A stretch of DNA of 36,389 nucleotides from Alphaproteobacteria bacterium (GCA_030433125.1 JAUIKZ010000001.1:1-36389); one strand, 5' to 3'; positions 9,198-17,932 are shown, counted from the stretch's first letter. Notes: generated by a model from the sequence alone, not told the origin. Numbers and translations are program-made.

Positions 9198-9252
9198 AGA
9201 AAAAAAGCGGTGCTGCGCACTGCAGGGCCTACGCTTGCAAAACACACCGCTT
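9198..9252 (-). terminator. intrinsic terminator downstream of the 157-aa orphan gene
   Basis: On the minus strand, aagcggtg (9252-9245) pairs with caccgctt (9212-9205). The stem is followed directly by tttttcttcc. The loop is large (32 nt). Confidence 0.55.
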
Positions 9253-9277
9253 AGTAAACATATTATGGCCGGGCCTA

Positions 9278-9751
9278 TTACTTATATGCGTTAAAGCCTC
9301 CCATTTGCTTAGCACGGAGATCATCTTTGTATGATGAGAACTTTTTATTACCCTTATAATTGATAAGATAATCAAGGCGCATACCCGCATTAGGGTTTGT
9401 GAAATGACTACGCAATAGGGCCTGCAGCTCGGGGCTGTTAGCTATAAATTGGGCACGACCGTTATCTTTCATATACCCAAGAACTCGATCTTCCATATCA
9501 CCCGATAAGTTAGGGTCATTAAGGAGTTTAGCAACGAAGCCTTTTGTTTGGCCTACGGTGCATTGGCTAAAGCAAGAGTCGATATAAGCAAAGTCTTCCT
9601 TACCATCTAAAATATGTTGCGCACGCTTTTCGGAACACTTAGTGTTGCAGGATGAAAGCGCTCCCCCCTTTTGTGATAGGTGATATTTAGGGGCGCCAGC
9701 TGTGAACGCTACAGTTGATAGGATAAGATTTAGTGCAATTAGTTTTTTCAA
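9278..9751 (-). CDS. orphan secreted protein (signal peptide, 4 Cys)
   Basis: 157 aa. The start codon is TTG (9749-9751), preceded by GGAG 7 nt upstream, and there is no nearby in-frame ATG. The signal peptide is KKLIALNLILSTVAFTAGA. I recognise no family. Confidence 0.55.
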   Translation of the reverse strand: MKKLIALNLILSTVAFTAGAPKYHLSQKGGALSSCNTKCSEKRAQHILDGKEDFAYIDSCFSQCTVGQTKGFVAKLLNDPNLSGDMEDRVLGYMKDNGRAQFIANSPELQALLRSHFTNPNAGMRLDYLINYKGNKKFSSYKDDLRAKQMGGFNAYK

Positions 9752-9822
9752 TTTATGCTCCGTTGTTTTGTTAACGTTTGCACAAAAGTATTAATATTTT
9801 ATTAATAAAACAAAAACTAAGA

Positions 9823-10449
9823 CTAAGACTGATCCGATCCTGGACGATGCAAGATAATTTCGTCAATCAACCCGAAAGCCTTAGCCTCTTCTGGAGACAT
9901 AAAGTTGTCGCGTTCCATGGCGGCTTCGATTTTATCAATAGGTTGCCCAGTGTGCTTAGCATATAGGCCGTTAAGGATGCCACGTAGTTTGAGAATTTCT
10001 TTGGCCTGAATTTCAATATCAGTAGCCTGACCGCGCGCGCCACCATGAGGTTGGTGAATCATTACCCGTGAATGGGGAAGGCTATAACGCTTACCAGCAG
10101 CACCTGCCATAAGCAGCAATGACCCAGCGGAACAGGCTTGCCCTAAGCAAAGGGTCGCCACATCGGGGCGAACATACTGCATGGTGTCATACATAGAAAG
10201 CCCAGCTGTTACTACGCCACCTGGAGAGTTAATGTATAGGTAGATATCTTTTTTAGGGTTCTCAGACTCTAAAAAGAGCATTTGTGCATTCACAAGGTTT
10301 GCGGTGTGATCATCAATGCCGCCAACCATAAATATAATGCGCTCTTTAAGAAGACGAGAGTAAATGTCATAGGAGCGTTCACCGCGGGAGGTTTGCTCCA
10401 CTACCATTGGAACAAGTGTGTTCTGAAACTTATCAAGTGCGCTCGTCAT
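9823..10449 (-). CDS. clpP: ATP-dependent Clp protease proteolytic subunit
   Basis: 208 aa. It has [17 protein letters not shown], the catalytic Ser context [11 protein letters not shown], and the His context MIHQP. Confidence 0.95.
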   Translation of the reverse strand: MTSALDKFQNTLVPMVVEQTSRGERSYDIYSRLLKERIIFMVGGIDDHTANLVNAQMLFLESENPKKDIYLYINSPGGVVTAGLSMYDTMQYVRPDVATLCLGQACSAGSLLLMAGAAGKRYSLPHSRVMIHQPHGGARGQATDIEIQAKEILKLRGILNGLYAKHTGQPIDKIEAAMERDNFMSPEEAKAFGLIDEIILHRPGSDQS

Positions 10450-10473
10450 GTCTATCTCCCGCGATGTTTGTTG

Positions 10474-11961
10474 TTATTGTTCTTCTTTTTTTGGCGCCGC
10501 TTTTTTGCTAGCTGTTTTCTTTGCTTTTGGCTTTTCATCTGCCGTCTTTTTGCTAGCAGACTTTTTCTCAGCTTTTGGAGCTTCAGCTTTTTTAGCCTTT
10601 CCTTTGGTGCCTTTAGCCTTTTTCGCTTCTGCTACTTTCGGCATATCGCTTTCAAGCTTGTCTTCATAGGTCTTTTCGAAGTCAGCGTACTTAACTTTTT
10701 TCTCTGACACTTTTACATTTTCAAGTAACCAGTTAACTACTTTTTCTTCGAATACTTCGGCACGAATAGAGGCTAAAGCATTGTTGTTTTTTTGAAGCAA
10801 TTTAACAAGCTCAGTAGGGTGGATGCCCATTTGATAAGCTGTCATCATGATGCGGTCATTAAGCTCTTGGTTTGTAATGCTGAGCTTAGCGCGGTTGCCG
10901 GCTTCGGCTAATATCAGGCCAAGTCGTACACGACGTTCAGCAATGAGCTTGTACTCTTCTTTCATTTCATCAAGCTCTTCTTGGCTTTTATTTTCGCCTT
11001 CATCCTCTAGTTCGTTTAACACTTGCTTCCAAATGTTTTGAAACTCCGTGTCGAGCATGGATTGAGGAACGTCAAAATCAAAATTAACATCAAGATGGTC
11101 AAGGAGTTCACGCTTCATGTAGGATGTGCTCATGCCCTCTACACCTTTTTCGAGTCTCTCTTTCATCTTTTGTTGTAATTCAGCGTATGTTTCTAAGCCA
11201 AGCTCTTGGGCTAACTTATCATCAAACTTGTTTTCACCGGGTGTTTGTACCTTTACCACTTCAATGTGACAACGCGTTTTCATTTTTTTGGTTTTACCAG
11301 TGGTATCCGGTAGGTCTACCGTTACAGTGTCGCCAGCTTTGGCACCGACTAGGGCCTTTACAATAGGCTCATCTTTGTTTTCTTCCGCAAGAATAATGCG
11401 TTGTTCTTTTTCATCGCCTTTTTCTTCTTTGCCTTCGAGCTCAAAAACAATTTTACCTTTGATGGCGTCACCTAATGCAGCTTTTTTGGTTTTAGCCGCG
11501 TCTTTGTATACGACCGTTTTTTCGTGGACTTTTTTTACTTCATCATCGGCATCTTTATCTGACACTTCAGTTACAATTTTCTCAACGCTTATTTTTGAAG
11601 CATCAATTTCAGGAATTGTGGGAAGTACTTCACAATTAATTTCATATTCAAGAGAGGGTGTTTCTGTATCAAAATTGGTTACTTTAATCTGAGGTTCTTG
11701 TGCGGTGCGTAAGCCTTTGTCATTAATAACCTTCTTGGAGGTTTCGTTAAGTAGGTCGTTAGCCGCTTCTTGCAACGCGTGAGCGCCATACTTAGCTTTT
11801 AAAATTTTAGCCGGCACTTTCCCTTTGCGGAAACCGGGGATCTTGGCGTTGCTTCCAAAATACTTTAGTTTTTGATCAACTGCTTTTTGAATTTGTTCTG
11901 AAGGGATGTTTACTTTAAATTGACGCTTAAGGCCATCAAGCTGATTTTCTTGTACTTCCAT
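10474..11961 (-). CDS. tig: trigger factor with Lys/Ala-rich C-terminal tail
   Basis: 495 aa with the N-terminal ribosome-binding motif GFRKGKVP. Its position upstream of clpP is the classical tig-clpP order. The last ~55 residues are KAKK/APK low complexity. Confidence 0.9.
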   Translation of the reverse strand: MEVQENQLDGLKRQFKVNIPSEQIQKAVDQKLKYFGSNAKIPGFRKGKVPAKILKAKYGAHALQEAANDLLNETSKKVINDKGLRTAQEPQIKVTNFDTETPSLEYEINCEVLPTIPEIDASKISVEKIVTEVSDKDADDEVKKVHEKTVVYKDAAKTKKAALGDAIKGKIVFELEGKEEKGDEKEQRIILAEENKDEPIVKALVGAKAGDTVTVDLPDTTGKTKKMKTRCHIEVVKVQTPGENKFDDKLAQELGLETYAELQQKMKERLEKGVEGMSTSYMKRELLDHLDVNFDFDVPQSMLDTEFQNIWKQVLNELEDEGENKSQEELDEMKEEYKLIAERRVRLGLILAEAGNRAKLSITNQELNDRIMMTAYQMGIHPTELVKLLQKNNNALASIRAEVFEEKVVNWLLENVKVSEKKVKYADFEKTYEDKLESDMPKVAEAKKAKGTKGKAKKAEAPKAEKKSASKKTADEKPKAKKTASKKAAPKKEEQ

Positions 11962-11999
11962 TGAAATTTACCTAATTTTTATTATGTGATCACACTAGG

Positions 12000-12084
12000 T
12001 GGTGCGGGCGGAGGGACTTGAACCCCCACGGTGTGAACCGCTAGATCCTAAGTCTAGTGCGTCTACCAATTCCGCCACGCCCGC
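12000..12084 (-). tRNA. tRNA-Leu, anticodon UAG, CCA encoded
   Basis: The minus strand reads GCGGGCGTGGCGGAATTGGTAGACGCACTAGACTTAGGATCTAGCGGTTCACACCGTGGGGGTTCAAGTCCCTCCGCCCGCACCA. The acceptor stem is GCGGGCG/CGCCCGC and the anticodon stem is CTAGA/TCTAG, with loop CTTAGGA. It also has a long variable arm (class II) and a TTCAAGT T-loop. Confidence 0.9.
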
Positions 12085-12174
12085 GTAATCAAACTTGACC
12101 TGATATATACATGTTGCCGGAGAAAATTGCAAGAGAAATTTTAGGCCTATGAAAGTTCACCTTAAAGGAGGTAA

Positions 12175-12250
12175 GTTGGCCTCCAAAGGATGTCATTTCT
12201 GGGTTTGCTCATCCCGGGGAATAACATTGGTGAGGGTGTCAAGAGCAGTC
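12175..12250 (+). repeat. copy D of dispersed IS-associated repeat family (module 2 region)
   Basis: cccggggaataacattggtgagggtgtcaagagcagtc (12213-12250) aligns by eye to ccgcgggggtaacattccttgaggtatcaagaacagtt (34929-34966), about 30 matches over ~38 positions. gttggcctcc (12175-12184) matches ggttgcctcc (34921-34930), with a ~28-nt insertion in between. Confidence 0.55.
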
Positions 12251-12423
12251 TTCACGCGGTGGCCCTGGGCTTTACGCAGCCCGCCATTTTATCCTGCAGA
12301 GGTTTTGCTATTATCACAACGGCCTTTAGCAGACCATTACACACTTTGCTGCTGAAAAGTAACATTCGCTAACGGAAAATTAATTTCTCTTGATTATACT
12401 AAGAGTAATGAAGAGGGGCAGCC

Positions 12424-14115
12424 ATGTTCCAACGTCTTATCGTTCTCGGTGTTTTGTCTTGTTCTATGTGTTCAGCGTTTGAAATAGACGGTGGCTATAC
12501 AGCTGATAATGATTCTGTAACGGGTGTGGTTTCAGGGGAGCCTAGGTCACCCAAACGGCACTCTCCGCTGGCCTTTAAATATTATTTTGAATTAAAAGAA
12601 CTAGAGGCCACACCGCTCAGCACGCCGGAAGAGCGTGCCTTAAAAATGTTCGACATTGGTATGAGTTATTTGCACAGCGGCGAATATCAACGCGCGACGG
12701 ATTGGTTTATTAATAGCATGGTGACCTATCCAGATGAGCGGATGCTGGAGTCGATTGGTTTAGCGACACAAAATAACTATATAGGCGAGAACATGAGCGC
12801 GTTTGAAATGGGGCTGCAAACGCTGCGCACGTATGCGCATAACAAACATCAACAGGCTTGCTTTTTGATGGGTTATTTTAATGAAACCAACGTGTTCACC
12901 CAGCCGCTTCCCCCCGTTCCAACTCTAACAGAAAAAACCCATGAAGAGGTTGCCCGCACGTGGTATAAACAAGCCGCAAACCAAGGGCAGATGAATGCCA
13001 TGTCGCGCTACGCTGATTTTTTGCTGAAAGGCATCGGCGGCCCCAAAAACAAAGATATGGCTCTCCATTATTATGAGTGTGCTGCTAAAGCAGGGCATCC
13101 CAACGCTTTAACATATATGTGTAATGCGTACGCGCTGGGTTTGCATGGCGAAATTGACCTTGAGAAAGCCGCTTATTGGCGCAGGAAGGCTTTGGTGCCC
13201 GCCAATTATGAGCGTGCATTGAAGGTAGCTGATCGGCTTTTTGTATCGCGGCGCCCCAGTGAATATGGTAAGGCTGTCGAAATTTATGAACAGGTGGCGC
13301 GTTTTGGCCATGCCGCCACACGACACAAATTGGGGCTGCTGCACTTTTTAGGGCACAAGGTTCGTCTTGATGATGTTTTAGCATTAGATTACTTCCTAGA
13401 AAATGTATATCAGTATGCCACTGAGGTGGAAGCTGTGTCGTTGCTTCAGGGGTTTGAAAAAGCAGAAAATTACGAAGCCCAAAATAAGCTCATCAAAAAA
13501 TTCGCTAAAAAATATCCGAACGTCGCGCTGTACGCCGCAAAACGCGTTAAACATATTCGCTTTAGCAAACAGAACAGTGCAGGGGCATTGGACTACTTAA
13601 AGCAAGCGTGTAAGGCTTTTAGCCCTGAGGCTGAAGTAATTCGTTTAGAATTACATAATGAGCTTGGCCAGCATAGAAAGCTGTCGAGTGGGCTCGACAA
13701 ACTAGCTCCCCATCAACAAGAGCTCATAGAGCATGGATTATGGGGGCGATATAATTATTTAAGTGCACTGAATTGTATTCACAAAAACCGTTATCAAGAA
13801 GCCTTTGTCTTTCTTGAAAAAGCAGCCGCTGCTGGTAAGCATGAAGCCTTATTAATCATAGCCGATTTATATTACGACGGGCTTACCGGGGCGACGAGGC
13901 TTGATATGGCCGAACGATATTACAAGCTAGCATACGCTAAAGGGGTGCCTCAAGGGGCTATTTCACTGTTGAAGATGGCGTTTGCAAAACAACTTTTCGG
14001 CACAGACGATTTTGTGGGGGCGCAGCGTAAATGGCTAGAGGCGGCTATTGAGCTGAAGTCCCCCCTCGCCATGGCTTTAAAAATATCTCAAAGGGTGGCG
14101 AATGATGTTGATTAA
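12424..14115 (+). CDS. Sel1-like repeat (SLR/TPR-type) protein with signal peptide
   Basis: 563 aa with signal peptide MFQRLIVLGVLSCSMCSA. It has repeated ~36-aa units of the Sel1 type, such as A..WY.KAA.QG...A...ya..l..G.G and YYECAAKAGHPNAL. Confidence 0.85.
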   Translation: MFQRLIVLGVLSCSMCSAFEIDGGYTADNDSVTGVVSGEPRSPKRHSPLAFKYYFELKELEATPLSTPEERALKMFDIGMSYLHSGEYQRATDWFINSMVTYPDERMLESIGLATQNNYIGENMSAFEMGLQTLRTYAHNKHQQACFLMGYFNETNVFTQPLPPVPTLTEKTHEEVARTWYKQAANQGQMNAMSRYADFLLKGIGGPKNKDMALHYYECAAKAGHPNALTYMCNAYALGLHGEIDLEKAAYWRRKALVPANYERALKVADRLFVSRRPSEYGKAVEIYEQVARFGHAATRHKLGLLHFLGHKVRLDDVLALDYFLENVYQYATEVEAVSLLQGFEKAENYEAQNKLIKKFAKKYPNVALYAAKRVKHIRFSKQNSAGALDYLKQACKAFSPEAEVIRLELHNELGQHRKLSSGLDKLAPHQQELIEHGLWGRYNYLSALNCIHKNRYQEAFVFLEKAAAAGKHEALLIIADLYYDGLTGATRLDMAERYYKLAYAKGVPQGAISLLKMAFAKQLFGTDDFVGAQRKWLEAAIELKSPLAMALKISQRVANDVD

Positions 14116-14189
14116 GACATGATATGACAAGCTGAAAAGCGCGCAAAACAGGAGGGCCCCGTAATAGCAAGCTTCATGCGAGGGGAGGG

Positions 14190-14216
14190 CGAAAAGGGCG
14201 TAGATTTTCCTACGCC
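14190..14216 (-). terminator. hairpin straddling the MFS stop codon, followed by CTTTTC on the minus strand
   Basis: ggcgtag (14197-14203) pairs perfectly with ctacgcc (14210-14216) around a 6-nt loop. The minus strand continues cttttcgcc. Confidence 0.4.
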
Positions 14217-15511
14217 GCGATTCTGGCGCTCCTGTCAGCTAATTTTATTCGTTGGCGGTCAAAATAAAATGGCAGCGCTGCTAAACACACCACACCGGCA
14301 ATAACAAGGAGCCACGCAGGGCTTAGCTGTGAGCCAGTGTGTTGCACGAGCTGTGTGGCAATTAGGGGCGCTGTGCCACCAAAAATGGCCATGCTAAGGT
14401 TGTGTGCTAAAGACAGCCCCGAGAAGCGCACTTCCGTGGGGAATAACTCGGAAAGGGCCGCAGGGATCACCCCAAAGAAAGTGCCCATAATTACCGCCAT
14501 AATCGCTTGCCCTAACACCACATTGTAGAGTGCGCCAGAGGCTAGTAAACCAAATATTGGGAACGCCATCAAAGCTAAGGCGGCAGCCCCGATGGCTAGT
14601 ATGGGGCGTCGCCCAAATTTATCGGACAAGCTGCCGCCCACAACGGTAAACAGCGCAAACACCAACATGTTAAAAGTGTTTATTTTAAAGGTTAAATCTT
14701 GTGGCATGCCCAAAAACTTTTTATCTTGCATAAAGCTGGGAAGGAAGGTCACAAGCGTGAAGAACCCAATAGCCGTTACGATGTCGATAAAGAACACAAG
14801 CGACATTTTACCCAGGTGTTGGCTCATGAGCATTTTAATAGGCAGGCCATGCTTTTTCTTTTTTACAAACCGCTCTGGGTCAGACAAGCTGCGACGAATA
14901 TACGTTCCCACCAAGCTGCCAAAAATGCTTAACACAAATGGAATACGCCAGCCCCAACTTTGCATTTGTTCAGGCGAAAGAAGTGATGAAAATACAAACG
15001 CCACAACCGACCCTAGTATAACGCCGAGAACGCTACTGAACGTAGCCCAACTGCCAAAGAAACCGCGGCGATGCGGCGGCGCTGATTCCACCATAAACAC
15101 CATGGACCCGGTAAATTCACCGCCAATTGCGAAGCTTTGGAAGAGGCGTAAAATTGTGAGAAGAACTGGCGCTAACAACCCCGCGCTCTCCCAAAAAGGG
15201 AACAAGCTTTGCGCCTGGGCGTAGGTGGGGATACACCCGATTAAAGCTGTAGGTATCGCCATAATGTATATAGAAAGCATGAGTGAATCTTTCCGACTTT
15301 TCTTATCGCCGATATGTCCAAACACGATAGCGCCAATCGGGCGCGCTATAAAGCCCACTGCGTAAATAGCAAAGGCGTTAATAATCTGTGAGTAGTCTGA
15401 GCTTGCCGGAAAAAACAAGCTGCCAATAGTGGACGCAAAAAGTGCGTATATAATAAAATCATACCATTCAATAATATTACCGATCATGCATGATGCAATA
15501 ATTCTACCCAT
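14210..15511 (-). CDS. MFS transporter, metabolite:H+ symporter (ProP-like) family
   Basis: 433 aa with 12 TM-like segments. The N-terminal GNIIEWYDFIIYALFA and the GHIGDKKSRK loop are typical of the MHS/ProP family. Confidence 0.85.
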   Translation of the reverse strand: MGRIIASCMIGNIIEWYDFIIYALFASTIGSLFFPASSDYSQIINAFAIYAVGFIARPIGAIVFGHIGDKKSRKDSLMLSIYIMAIPTALIGCIPTYAQAQSLFPFWESAGLLAPVLLTILRLFQSFAIGGEFTGSMVFMVESAPPHRRGFFGSWATFSSVLGVILGSVVAFVFSSLLSPEQMQSWGWRIPFVLSIFGSLVGTYIRRSLSDPERFVKKKKHGLPIKMLMSQHLGKMSLVFFIDIVTAIGFFTLVTFLPSFMQDKKFLGMPQDLTFKINTFNMLVFALFTVVGGSLSDKFGRRPILAIGAAALALMAFPIFGLLASGALYNVVLGQAIMAVIMGTFFGVIPAALSELFPTEVRFSGLSLAHNLSMAIFGGTAPLIATQLVQHTGSQLSPAWLLVIAGVVCLAALPFYFDRQRIKLADRSARIAA

Positions 15512-15704
15512 TCAGGTTCCTCAATTACGTTAACGTATACCAAAGAAGTCTTTTTGCTGACAAGTTTTTTTAGCCTTTGTATTCACATCAATGCTGATAG
15601 TCGTCTTGGATATAAAAAATGGATTTTTAGTTACATAAAGACCTTGAATTTTTGCACATAGTGACTACTTTAAAAATGGATAATATTCAACTAAAGGAAA
15701 AAAC

Positions 15705-16256
15705 ATGCTTAAAAAACTTAGATTTATTCCGTTACTCCTTCTGGCAGGTTGTGCCCAATTGCCTGAAGTGGAAATTAAAGAAGAACCCGTTCTTGGTAAA
15801 AAATATCGTATACTCAAAGATATAGAACTAAAGTCATCCACACATTCCAACATTCTTTCTAGCTTGATTTTAAGAGAGCCTAATATACCCTCTAAATCTG
15901 CAACGTATAAAGCAACCCTAAACTACACAGATTATCACCAACACAGTGACTTGAGCCATGAAAATATAACACTTAAGCTCATTGTTGATGGTGTTGAAAG
16001 CCCTCTAGATGTTACAGGTTTTAACCAGGTGAAAAAAGTAAAGTCACTTAACGTGTTTAGCAATAACTATTTGGTTGATTACAGGATTGCTTTCGTGTTG
16101 CCATCAGAGGTCTTGCGCCGTGTTGAGTCATCATCTTCCATCAAGTTAGATGTGAAATTCAAAACCAACACCCAAAACTTTGGCAATCGCCTTCTCTTAC
16201 AGGTGTTACCAAAACATGTACCCTATATTGTTGATTTTTACGGATCTTCAAACTAA
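15705..16256 (+). CDS. orphan lipoprotein
   Basis: 183 aa with lipobox LLLAGC at the end of a signal peptide. AAAGGA lies upstream of the ATG. The gene is AT-rich. I recognise no family. Confidence 0.6.
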   Translation: MLKKLRFIPLLLLAGCAQLPEVEIKEEPVLGKKYRILKDIELKSSTHSNILSSLILREPNIPSKSATYKATLNYTDYHQHSDLSHENITLKLIVDGVESPLDVTGFNQVKKVKSLNVFSNNYLVDYRIAFVLPSEVLRRVESSSSIKLDVKFKTNTQNFGNRLLLQVLPKHVPYIVDFYGSSN

Positions 16257-16286
16257 TGGCTATTCACAATATATAAGGAAAAAATA

Positions 16287-17084
16287 ATGCTAAAAAATTA
16301 TGTTTCAAAAATAAACAAATCTCTGACTCTTTTTGCCTTCTTTTTGTTAGCGGGTTGTGCAGGACACAAAAATTTCATTGCTCTGCCAGAAGAGCTAAAT
16401 GATCAAGTAGGCTCTACAGATCTAATGGTTCAAAGGGTAGAGAAAGAACTCGGAGCCGAGATAGAAAGTTCAAACCTACGCCAAACAATCAAAACTGAAG
16501 GCAACATAGGAGGAGCCATAGGGCTGATAGGGTTTTTGGTAGATGCTGGGGTTGAGGCGCACAGAAAAAGTGTCATCACAAATGCCCTTAAAGACGTGCA
16601 GCATGTTTTTAACACCCTTAATATTCAAGAAAAAATTAACAACACACTTGCAAAAGCCATGAAAAAACACAAATGGATTCATCTACAAAACACCTTCACT
16701 GTAGAAGAGATGAATTCTTTTGATTTAGAGAAAAGGCTTTTGAGCTCTAATAAGGATGTAACCGCACTGGCCAAAGTGAAATTAGGATTCAACTCAGCCC
16801 TTGACTCTTTTACAGCCCAACTTGAAGTGACATTTTACCCAACGGGCGGTTCGGTAAAGGGGATTGTTAAACCAGAAGATATTACAGACAAGCCTATCAT
16901 GCGGTTTAAAACCTTCGCATCTGAAACCTTAGACAACGCTTCAGAAGAAGTGGAAGAAAATGGAAAGGTTTGGTCTGAAAATAATGCCAAAAAGTTCCGC
17001 GACGGGTTGGATAACGTGCTTAAAACCCTTTCTGTTCGCATGGATCAGTTCTTAAGTAGTCCTTGCTCGATTGCTGCTGATTAA
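16287..17084 (+). CDS. orphan lipoprotein with Gly-rich hydrophobic segment
   Basis: 265 aa with lipobox FLLAGC and AAGGA upstream of the ATG. It contains the segment GNIGGAIGLIGFLVDAG. I recognise no family. Confidence 0.6.
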   Translation: MLKNYVSKINKSLTLFAFFLLAGCAGHKNFIALPEELNDQVGSTDLMVQRVEKELGAEIESSNLRQTIKTEGNIGGAIGLIGFLVDAGVEAHRKSVITNALKDVQHVFNTLNIQEKINNTLAKAMKKHKWIHLQNTFTVEEMNSFDLEKRLLSSNKDVTALAKVKLGFNSALDSFTAQLEVTFYPTGGSVKGIVKPEDITDKPIMRFKTFASETLDNASEEVEENGKVWSENNAKKFRDGLDNVLKTLSVRMDQFLSSPCSIAAD

Positions 17085-17100
17085 GCTTAACTATCCACAC

Positions 17101-17121
17101 GCAGGCGCTTAGGGCGCCTGC
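17101..17121 (+). terminator. perfect 8-bp GC hairpin after lipoprotein gene 2 (no adjacent U tract)
   Basis: gcaggcgc (17101-17108) pairs with gcgcctgc (17114-17121) around a 5-nt loop. The nearest T run (cgtttt) begins ~12 nt downstream. Confidence 0.35.
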
Positions 17122-17132
17122 CTCTCGGCTTC

Positions 17133-17330
17133 GTTTTCCCAGACATTCCCCCTAACGTCTTTGTGAACTTGTTTTCTGATCTCATGCCGTAATGAAAATG
17201 GCGATAACCTAAGAAAACCCCACCTTTGCAGGGCTCTCCGCTCTCTAGGCTCAGATCCTTGCTTCCCGGCCATTAGTGAGAGAATACCGTCATGGCGCTC
17301 CCGACTTCCGCAAAAATGAAGGTGAGCAAA
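17133..17330 (+). repeat. copy A of dispersed repeat family (modules 1 and 2), inverted relative to copy F
   Basis: gaacttgttttctgatctcatgc (17165-17187) matches gaacttgtttcaggatctcatgc (34815-34837), about 20 of 23 with identical spacing. cccgacttccgcaaaaatg lies at 17300-17318. Confidence 0.6.
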
Positions 17331-17401
17331 CGAAAGAAGCGAGGGTTTGAGGGGGTTTCAGGATTTTAGGCACAACATTTAGGTGTGCGAAGGAGCTGTG
17401 T

Positions 17402-17932
17402 TTATGCCTCCGGTAGCGGGCTGTTCGCGGGGGGATTTTCTGTAGGCCCAGAATGGCCTCTTTCCCCCTTTATATAAATGGCGGCATCTCCACAGCGCTT
17501 GAGGTTAAACACCTTATAGATCTTTTGCGCTTCCGGCCTAAAGCTGCTGGGCAGTCGATATAAATCTTTCGTTTTCTTATGCTGCATAATCGAGGCTTGT
17601 ACCCCTTTTAGGTGCGTTAAAATCTCGCCCGGGCTCATTTTCTGGGTCAGGGCCACCCGGTATTCAATATGCCGTAACACAGCAAAACTCATGTAACATA
17701 ATGCGATATGACTCTCAATGCGCGGCGGTGTCCAATGGAAGATCGGCCGCATCTTTAAGGTGTGTTTATTAATACGGAAGGACTCTTCAATCACCCATAA
17801 CCGCGCATAACGGGCCAGCGCTTCAGCCGGCGTGACCTCTTTGTCGTTGGTGATGATGCCATGGAGGCCGTCCCATAGGCTCTCTCCCCACATTTTTTGC
17901 GGAAGTCGGGTGGGAGGACATAGAGTGAGCAT
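17402..17932 (-). pseudogene. IS4-superfamily (IS1634-like) DDE transposase, C-terminal fragment only
   Basis: 176 codons contain GIITND...YARLWVIEESFRINKHTLKMRPIFHWTPPRIESHIALCYMSFAVL. This is the C-terminal E-x6-K block plus the RPIFH and H..i.f motifs of IS4/IS1634 transposases. The N-terminal catalytic part is absent. The first codon abuts the stop of the upstream ORF. Confidence 0.75.

Noticed and set aside
10282-10707. Plus-strand ORFs (141 aa and 73 aa) rich in Phe/Leu/Ser
   Set aside because: They are antisense to the clpP start and the Lys/Ala tail of tig. Antisense of AAG/GCN repeats gives CTT/NGC codons, so they are artefactual.
12149-12372. Two overlapping plus-strand ORFs (68 and 60 aa) in the tRNA-Leu/Sel1 spacer
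   Set aside because: They run through repeat copy D. The homologous stretch of copy B contains stop codons in the corresponding frame, so the similarity is at DNA level, not protein level.
14592-15224. 210-aa ORF on the plus strand
   Set aside because: It lies entirely antisense to the well-supported MFS transporter CDS. It has a basic, low-complexity composition, no RBS and no independent signal. This is a typical shadow ORF.
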